17,928 nucleotides of DNA, from the NCBI GenBank assembly GCA_024405635.1, contig JAKSOL010000033.1:1-17928 (forward strand), in the 5' to 3' direction. The DNA is from Salinivirgaceae bacterium. GTDB lineage: Bacteria > Bacteroidota > Bacteroidia > Bacteroidales > SZUA-534. The notes below the pieces were generated by a model, which worked only from the letters and a program-made list of their open reading frames with translations, made no database searches and was not told the DNA's origin. A program made the translations under genes and the position numbers. Shown in pieces: positions 8,959-15,632 of the stretch; the stretch's first letter is position 1, and the number at the start of each line of letters is the position of its first letter.

Positions 8959-10056
8959 ATGAAGATTTCTGAAATAACCAACTATCTTGAGTCATTGGTG
9001 CCGTTATCGTTTCAAGAATCGTACGATAATGCAGGATTGCTAGTTGGCGACCGCAATGTTGAGGCAACAGGTGCGCTTATTTGTATTGATGTTACCGAAG
9101 AAGTGGTTGACGAGGCCATACAGTTAGGGTACAATCTTATTATTTCGCACCATCCGCTTGTTTTTAGTGGATTGAAAAAATTTACAGGTACCAATGCCGT
9201 TCAGCGTACTTTGTTAAAAGCCATTAAAAACGAAGTTGCCATATATTCGGCCCACACAAATCTTGATAAGGTAGCTGGCTATGGAGTGAATTTTAAAATT
9301 GCCCAAAAACTTGGTTTAAAGCAAGTTGAGGTTCTTGCGCCTGAGGGTAATCTGTATTCTAAAATAACGGTAAACGTGCCATTGTCGCACGAACAAGGTG
9401 TGGCACATGCCATGTTTAACGCAGGAGCAGGACAGTTGGGCAATTATAGTTGCAACGCTTTTTACGCTGAAGGATTAGAAACATTTAAACCTTGTTCAAA
9501 AGCAAATCCTTTTATTGGCCAAATAGACGAAACAAGTAGGGTAGAGTCAGCAAAAATTGAGGTGTTGGTACTTAATCAAGATGTTGACCGTGTGATTGAT
9601 GCAATGAAAAAATCCCATCCATACGAAGAACCAGCTTACTACGTTTTACCATTAAACAACCGATGGAACCATGTGGGGTGCGGAGCAGTTGGAAATTTGC
9701 CAGAACCACAAGATGCTGAGTTGTTTCTAAAAAAAGTGAAAGAAGTGTTTGGTTGCGGAGTTATTAGGCATACGCAATTGCCAAACAAAACAATTTCGCG
9801 AGTTGCACTTTGTGGTGGTTCAGGTAGCGAGTTTTTGCACAACGCAATTGCCTCAGGTGCCGATATTTACATCACGGCCGATGTTAAGTATCATCAATTT
9901 TTTGACGTTCCTTATCCTTTTGTACTAGCCGATATTGGTCACTACGAAAGCGAACAGTTTACAAAAGAGATTTTCAGTGAAATATTAACCGAAAAATTTA
10001 ATACTTTTGCCCACCAATTGACAAAAGTAAATACTAATCCAATAAAATACTTATAA
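8959..10056 (+). CDS. Nif3-like dinuclear metal-centre protein (YqfO/YbgI family, with PII-like insert)
   Basis: Motifs QESYDNAGL, ISHHPL, AHTNLD, HPYEEPAY, GGSG and DIGHYESE. Confidence 0.94.
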   Translation: MKISEITNYLESLVPLSFQESYDNAGLLVGDRNVEATGALICIDVTEEVVDEAIQLGYNLIISHHPLVFSGLKKFTGTNAVQRTLLKAIKNEVAIYSAHTNLDKVAGYGVNFKIAQKLGLKQVEVLAPEGNLYSKITVNVPLSHEQGVAHAMFNAGAGQLGNYSCNAFYAEGLETFKPCSKANPFIGQIDETSRVESAKIEVLVLNQDVDRVIDAMKKSHPYEEPAYYVLPLNNRWNHVGCGAVGNLPEPQDAELFLKKVKEVFGCGVIRHTQLPNKTISRVALCGGSGSEFLHNAIASGADIYITADVKYHQFFDVPYPFVLADIGHYESEQFTKEIFSEILTEKFNTFAHQLTKVNTNPIKYL

Positions 10057-10060
10057 CGCT

Positions 10061-10831
10061 ATGGCAGAAGTAGATGCAAAGGGAGCAACTTCAATTGAGC
10101 AAAAGTTGAGAAACTTGTACGATTTGCAACAAGTTGACACCAGAATCAACAAAATTGAAAAATTGAGCGGTGAACTTCCTGAAGAAATTAAAGATTTGGA
10201 AGACGAACTTGAAGGCAAAAACACTCGTATTGCTAACTTGAAGGCAGAGGTTGAGTCTAGAACTCAAGACATTGCAACCAAAAAGCAAGAGATTATTGAT
10301 GCTCAAGCCAAAATTAAAGACGACCAAGAGAAACAAAATAACGTTCGCAATAACCGCGAATACGATTCTCTTTTGAAAGAAATTGAATACCAAGAGCTTG
10401 AAGTTCAGCTTTGCGAAAAACGCATCCGCGAGTACACTGCTGAAGTTGAAAACAAAAAAGAGGCTATTGCTAACCTTGAGGTTGAAATTGCTGAGCGCGA
10501 AGGCGACTTGAACCAAAAGAAATCTGAGTTAAACGATATTGTTTCTGAAAACGAAAAAGAAGTTGCTGCTCTTAAAGAGAAAGCTGCTGAAATTGAAAAA
10601 CTAATTGATGCACAATATCTTAACGCATATCATCGTATTAAAAGCAACGCTCGCAATGGTTTAGCTGTTGTTACTGTTCAACGCGATGCTTGCGGTGGTT
10701 GCTTCAACAAAATCCCTCCTCAACGTAAAGTGGATATCCGCACACGTAAGCAAATTATTGTTTGCGAGTATTGTGGCCGCATTTTGGTTGACGATGGCTT
10801 TAACGCTGAAAACGAAAACACCGAGGCTTAA
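10061..10831 (+). CDS. Coiled-coil protein with C-terminal C4 zinc ribbon (DUF164 / CT398-like)
   Basis: Long heptad region, NNREYDSL motif and CGGC...CEYCGRIL. Its position directly after nif3 is the usual arrangement in Bacteroidota. Confidence 0.9.
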   Translation: MAEVDAKGATSIEQKLRNLYDLQQVDTRINKIEKLSGELPEEIKDLEDELEGKNTRIANLKAEVESRTQDIATKKQEIIDAQAKIKDDQEKQNNVRNNREYDSLLKEIEYQELEVQLCEKRIREYTAEVENKKEAIANLEVEIAEREGDLNQKKSELNDIVSENEKEVAALKEKAAEIEKLIDAQYLNAYHRIKSNARNGLAVVTVQRDACGGCFNKIPPQRKVDIRTRKQIIVCEYCGRILVDDGFNAENENTEA

Positions 10832-10851
10832 TACTCTGAGGTTTATACTAT

Positions 10852-10892
10852 AACAAAAAGGATTGTTGGTCTTCAGCAATCCTTTTTTTGTT
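10852..10892 (+). terminator. Rho-independent terminator after the zinc-ribbon gene
   Basis: AACAAAAAGGATTGTTG-gtctt-CAGCAATCCTTTTTTTGTT. Confidence 0.85.
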
Positions 10893-10906
10893 CAGAAAAC
10901 AACCTG

Positions 10907-12307
10907 ATGAAAAAATCGATACTATTTCTGCTGTTTGCTGTGTGCAACATGTTTGCTCAAGCTCAGTTTGTTTATTCGCCAGCTTGCCAACAAGCTCATT
11001 GTTGCGTGCTTAACCTCGATTTTGATTCAGTTGCAACAATAAACATATCAAACAATAGTAGTTATTGGATTGATGCCTACTCAGTTTATGTTGGTCAAAT
11101 AGCCAATAACCAGAACGTTGAGGCGCAAAATGCAATTCAAAAAGTAGCTGCTAGCATTGTATCGCTGCAAGCAACAAACGACAATTCGCCAGAGTTGCGG
11201 CTTGCTTTGGCCGATATGTGGTTGATGAAATCGGTGCTGTTTTTTCAAAAATCGGATTATGTGTCGGCGGCAACGGCCTACTATAAATCGTTGCGTTATG
11301 TTGACGCTACCAATCCTTTGGCATTAAAACATAGGCTGACTCGCACAGCCGTTGAGCGTTTAATGCTCAATTTGATGCCATATTCCAGTAAAGCGGCAAA
11401 TGCTCAGTTGTTTGTGCAGCATTGTCAGTCGGTGGCAACCTTTATAGCCGATAGCTCCATTGCACAACCTTTTAAAGTTGAACTTTGTTGGTTGTTTTTT
11501 ACTGTTATAAGCGATGCTAATGTTGATGCAACGAGTGTAGCTAATGTGTTTGCCATTATTCCAACTGAATGGTTTTTGCGTTGCCCTTTGTTAACAGTTT
11601 CAGCTTATAAAGTTGCAGTTAAGTACGGCCTTTCAAATTACGCGCAACAATTGATGCAATGTATTTTAAGCAACCGCATGGATAAAAAAATAGCTTCGGC
11701 AAATATGTTGATTGGCAACCATTTGATAGCAAACGCAAGCGATTCGTGTATGCGCTATTTTGATGCCTGCAAGCAATCGTCGCACATGTATGTTGCAATG
11801 AAAAAGGCGTGGGCACATTTTATTCAATCAAGAACCGATTCAGCTGATGCGTATGTTGATGCTGTGTTGGCCCTACAACCGCAAACCGATGCCGATTATC
11901 AGGCTAAGTACGAGTGCTCGTTGCGCAAACATTGGCACCCACAGCTAATGAAAGCTCGTGTTTTGTTTGATGCAGCCTATTTTGAGCAAGCTAAAATATT
12001 GCTCGATTCGGTAGATGTTTCGGCCTTAAATAACATTCAAACGGCAGAATATAACTACCGAATGGCTCGAATTTTGACAACTATTGGCAATGTTGACGAA
12101 GCAAAACAATACTACCAAAAGGTGGTTAAGTCGGGTACCGATGCCGAGTTGTATTACCCAGCGTATTCGGCTTATTACTTAGGCATTATTTACAAGCAAG
12201 AGGGAAATAAAGAAAAGTCCAACGAGTGGTTTAAATTGTGTCATAAAACCAATTCGCCAATTTATTCCGAGAGTATTCACCGCAAGGCTAAGTGGGATAT
12301 GGAGTAA
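10907..12307 (+). CDS. Exported tetratricopeptide-repeat protein
   Basis: Signal peptide MKKSILFLLFAVCNMFAQA. C-terminal TPR-like helices AEYNYRMARILTTIGNVDEAKQYYQKV and YSAYYLGIIYKQEGNKEKSNEWF. Confidence 0.75.
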   Translation: MKKSILFLLFAVCNMFAQAQFVYSPACQQAHCCVLNLDFDSVATINISNNSSYWIDAYSVYVGQIANNQNVEAQNAIQKVAASIVSLQATNDNSPELRLALADMWLMKSVLFFQKSDYVSAATAYYKSLRYVDATNPLALKHRLTRTAVERLMLNLMPYSSKAANAQLFVQHCQSVATFIADSSIAQPFKVELCWLFFTVISDANVDATSVANVFAIIPTEWFLRCPLLTVSAYKVAVKYGLSNYAQQLMQCILSNRMDKKIASANMLIGNHLIANASDSCMRYFDACKQSSHMYVAMKKAWAHFIQSRTDSADAYVDAVLALQPQTDADYQAKYECSLRKHWHPQLMKARVLFDAAYFEQAKILLDSVDVSALNNIQTAEYNYRMARILTTIGNVDEAKQYYQKVVKSGTDAELYYPAYSAYYLGIIYKQEGNKEKSNEWFKLCHKTNSPIYSESIHRKAKWDME

Positions 12308-12383
12308 AGGCGTTAGTGCATGCGGCAACTAATTCCAATAGCGGTTTTTTATCAAGTAAGGGGCACTTCTGCCTAATGTGCAT

Positions 12384-13127
12384 CTATATCTTCACATTCA
12401 GCATTTCGAACAACGGATCTTTTCTGCGGCGCGACACTTCAATTTGTGTGCCGTCGGCCATAACCACAACGGGCACTTCGCCTTTAACAAAACTGTCAAC
12501 TTTGTTGATGTTGATGATGTTTGACCGGCTGACCCTGATGAATTTGTTTTCGGGCAAAATGTCTTCGTAATACTTTAGGTTGCGGCATACCAACATATCC
12601 TCAATGTCGTCGCAAAAACGGAATTTGGAGTAGTTGCCTTCGGCCGCGCAGAACACAATGGAATCAATTGGCACAAACTTGATGCAGTCATTAAGCATGA
12701 GTCCAATCTTGTCGAACTTGTTGAAGTTGTTGTTAAACTGTTCAACCGACACATATACCTGTCTGTCTTTTAGTGAGTTGAGCACTTTTTCAAAAGCCTC
12801 CTCAAACATGTCGGGATCAATAGGTTTGAGCAGATAGTCGGCGGCGTTGAACTTTATGGCCTTTATTGCGAAATTGTCGAACGATGTAACAAAAACCACC
12901 TTAAAGTTGCGCTCTTGCACTTGTTGCAGCAAATCGAACCCAGTGCCGTCTTGCATCTGTATGTCAAGAAAAACGATGTCGGGTTTCAGAGTATCGATAA
13001 GTTTTACGCCACTTTGCACAGAGTCGGCATCGGCAATCAGTTCTATTACATTGCTGTATTGTCGCAAATTGTGGCGAACAATGTCGCGTCCGCTAAATTC
13101 GTCGTCGATAATGGCAATTTTATACAT
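12384..13127 (-). CDS. LytTR-family DNA-binding response regulator
   Basis: REC domain (IIDDE, FLDIQM phospho-Asp, YLLKP) and LytTR domain (AEGNYS, FIRVSRSNIIN, VSRRRK). Overlaps the kinase stop by 8 nt. Confidence 0.95.
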   Translation of the reverse strand: MYKIAIIDDEFSGRDIVRHNLRQYSNVIELIADADSVQSGVKLIDTLKPDIVFLDIQMQDGTGFDLLQQVQERNFKVVFVTSFDNFAIKAIKFNAADYLLKPIDPDMFEEAFEKVLNSLKDRQVYVSVEQFNNNFNKFDKIGLMLNDCIKFVPIDSIVFCAAEGNYSKFRFCDDIEDMLVCRNLKYYEDILPENKFIRVSRSNIININKVDSFVKGEVPVVVMADGTQIEVSRRRKDPLFEMLNVKI

Positions 13128-15252
13128 TTTCGATATAAGGTATTTGTATAGTTACTTTTGTGCCTTTTGCAGTTCCGTCAGAGTCATACAGATCCTCAAT
13201 TTTGCACGATATTCCTTCGGTTTCCTTGTTCAAGTCCTTAAGCCTGTCGCGGGTAAGCTGCATGCCAACCGAGCGGTGTTTCTTGTTGGCTTTGCTGAAT
13301 TCGGCGGCAGCCACTCGGCCAATGCCGTTGTCGGTAATGCTGCAGGTTAGTGTTTTCTTGTCGTGATTGTCAACCACGTCAATGGTAATGAGCCCGTTGC
13401 TGTCGGTTTTGTTTATAAGTCCGTGCAGGATAGCGTTTTCAACAAACGGCTGAATAAGCATTGGTGGTACAAAAACCAGTTCCTCCTCAATGTCGTCGTC
13501 AACGTTAATGTGGTAGTTGAATCGGTTGCCAAACCGTACCTTTTCAAGGTCGATGTAAAGCGAGAGCGACAGCAGTTCGTTTTCGAGTGGCACCCTTTGG
13601 TTCATTGAGTTGTCGAGTATCATTCGCATCAGTTTGGCGAATTTTGACAGGTAACGCTCGGCATCGCGGGGCTCGTTGTTGATGATGAAGTTTTGGATTG
13701 AGTTGAGCGCATTGAAGATGAAGTGAGGATTCATTTGCGTGCGCAACAGTGAGCGTTCAATTTCAAGAGCCTTATGTTTTAATTCGGCTTGCTCGTTCAT
13801 TTTGCGCAAACGGTAGTTGCGGAACAAGATGACGCTAATGATTATGATAGCAACAATAAATACTGACAATAGCAAGAGTTCTATCTTTTTCTGTTTTAGC
13901 TCGTTTTTGTGTTTTATGTCGAGAGTCAAACGCTCGTGGTATTGGCGAATGGAGTCGGCCTCGTGCAGTTTGTTGTATTTGTATTCCGATTCGGCCAATG
14001 CCAATTTTCTGGTAAAACTCTCGTCGCGAATTGAATCGATAAGCGTTAAAGCGATGTTGCAGAACTTGTAGGCTTTTGTTGAGTTGCCAATTATGGCATA
14101 TTCTTTAGACAACCCTTCGGCCGACTTAAACTTAAGCAACCTATAGTTGTTATAATTGGCAATGCCCCAACACTCTTCAAGATGCTGAATGGTTTTTTGT
14201 GTGTTATGCAAATCTTGATAAGCCAATCCAATTGTTAAAGTAGCCTCGGCAACTTTATAGTCCAAACCAAGTTTTTTGCGATACTCGTAAGCCTTAGTAA
14301 GGTGCGTTAAGGCTTCGCGTGGTTCGCCTTTTTTTTGCAGGGCCGAGCCGATGTTGAAAATGGCAGATTCGAGAATTGACTCACGCCAATATTTTTGATA
14401 ATCGAGCGTAACAGTTTCTTGGCTTATTGCTATTTGGTATGCTTGATTTTGGTTAAACGACTCTTTTAACTTTAGCGACAAGTTTAAGTAATACAAAGCT
14501 GAATCGTATTCTTCCAACTGAACAAATGTTAGACCAATGTTGTTGTACGATTGTGCTATCATTACCGAGTCAGAAAGTTTTAGTCTAATATCTAACGCCT
14601 CTTTTTGCAGTTGCAGTTCCTCGTCAAAGATGCGGCGGTCGTCCATAATTTTTGATAGCAAATCTTTTGTGTATGCAATGCCGATAGAGTCGAGTAACTT
14701 TTCGCTGATTGATAATTCGGCATAGGCAAATTGTTGAGCCAAAAAAGACTCGCCTTTGTGTTGGTAGAGCTGAGCCACAAAATCGTAGCAAATGCCTTCG
14801 CTATACTCGTTGCCGCATTCTTTGTACAATTCAGCTGCACGTCGGGCCGACACTATGGCGCTATCGGCAAGCCCAAGTATGTTGTAGTTAATGGCAATGT
14901 TGTAGTTGAGTATGGCCAAGTTAGCAATGTTTGACGAGTCGGAGTGGGTTACATTGTTACGTATGTCGATGGCTTGGTTGCAGTATGCAATAGATTGTTT
15001 GAAGTCGTCTTTATAATGATAAGCGTTTGCCATGTATCGCAATACTAAGGCTTCTTGCTGTTTGTTGGAGCTATGTGATTGAGCTTGGGTTAGCAGCACA
15101 AGGGCCGAGTCGGGATTTGATGGAAGAATTTGTTTACCAATGGTAATTAGTGAGTCGAATGCCGACATTTCAACTTGATTGTTGGATTTGGCATAATTGA
15201 CCGAAGCCGTAAGCAATGCTACTGCCGTGAATATTCTAAAAACAATGTTCAC
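13120..15252 (-). CDS. LytS/YehU-type sensor histidine kinase with periplasmic TPR sensor domain
   Basis: Signal peptide, multiple TPRs (e.g. AQSYNNIGLTFVQLEEYDSALYY), one TM (LLLLSVFIVAIIIISVILF), H-box QMNPHFIFNALN, and IQPFVENAILHG / DNGIG / GTKV. GTG start. Confidence 0.94.
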   Translation of the reverse strand: MNIVFRIFTAVALLTASVNYAKSNNQVEMSAFDSLITIGKQILPSNPDSALVLLTQAQSHSSNKQQEALVLRYMANAYHYKDDFKQSIAYCNQAIDIRNNVTHSDSSNIANLAILNYNIAINYNILGLADSAIVSARRAAELYKECGNEYSEGICYDFVAQLYQHKGESFLAQQFAYAELSISEKLLDSIGIAYTKDLLSKIMDDRRIFDEELQLQKEALDIRLKLSDSVMIAQSYNNIGLTFVQLEEYDSALYYLNLSLKLKESFNQNQAYQIAISQETVTLDYQKYWRESILESAIFNIGSALQKKGEPREALTHLTKAYEYRKKLGLDYKVAEATLTIGLAYQDLHNTQKTIQHLEECWGIANYNNYRLLKFKSAEGLSKEYAIIGNSTKAYKFCNIALTLIDSIRDESFTRKLALAESEYKYNKLHEADSIRQYHERLTLDIKHKNELKQKKIELLLLSVFIVAIIIISVILFRNYRLRKMNEQAELKHKALEIERSLLRTQMNPHFIFNALNSIQNFIINNEPRDAERYLSKFAKLMRMILDNSMNQRVPLENELLSLSLYIDLEKVRFGNRFNYHINVDDDIEEELVFVPPMLIQPFVENAILHGLINKTDSNGLITIDVVDNHDKKTLTCSITDNGIGRVAAAEFSKANKKHRSVGMQLTRDRLKDLNKETEGISCKIEDLYDSDGTAKGTKVTIQIPYIENV

Positions 15253-15284
15253 AATAAATGGGTTTCGATTGTTTCATTTTTTTT

Positions 15285-15292
15285 CAAAAATA
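15285..15292 (-). promoter_or_regulatory. Possible -7 element for the kinase-regulator operon
   Basis: Minus-strand TATTTTTG matches TAnnTTTG about 33 nt upstream of the GTG. The region is very AT-rich, so a chance match is possible. Confidence 0.35.
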
Positions 15293-15483
15293 AAAATAAT
15301 AAAAAATGATAATTGAAATGCTCTTACAAATTTGCATGAGCCATAAGGTGTTGAACTGCTGATGCGATGAACCATTTGCCTAAAACTTAAAAAAATCTGC
15401 GTTTTTGCCATTTTTTTGCCCCAAAACAGGCGTTTCTGTTTAACAATAATGTGTGTTTTTGGGGCTATTTTTTAGCCCTCTTT

Positions 15484-15537
15484 ACCACAAATCAGTCCAA
15501 ACCTGCATCTCGTAAGCCCAAACCGACCACTCGTTAA
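15484..15537 (+). promoter_or_regulatory. Putative LytTR-binding direct repeats (21-bp period)
   Basis: CCAAACC-N5-CTCGT occurs at 15497 and 15518. ACCAC occurs at 15484 and 15526 (2 x 21 bp). The array lies upstream of the 15633 gene and next to a LytTR regulator. Confidence 0.55.
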
Positions 15538-15632
15538 ATGAAAAAATTTGTGTGTTTTTTTTATATACTCTTGTACCCATGGGCAATAGTGAAAAGTCCC
15601 AAAAAGAATTCTTTAACTTAAAAAATAAAACT

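Noticed and set aside
1392-14934. Numerous 60-170 aa ORFs antisense or off-frame to yidC, dnaE, nlpC, nif3, the zinc-ribbon gene, the TPR gene and the TCS genes
   Set aside because: They overlap well-supported genes and have no recognisable domains.
15579-15632. Upstream in-frame ATG for the surface protein
   Set aside because: It would add 18 hydrophilic residues before the signal peptide and lies almost on the predicted TSS. ATG 15633 has the typical A-rich context.
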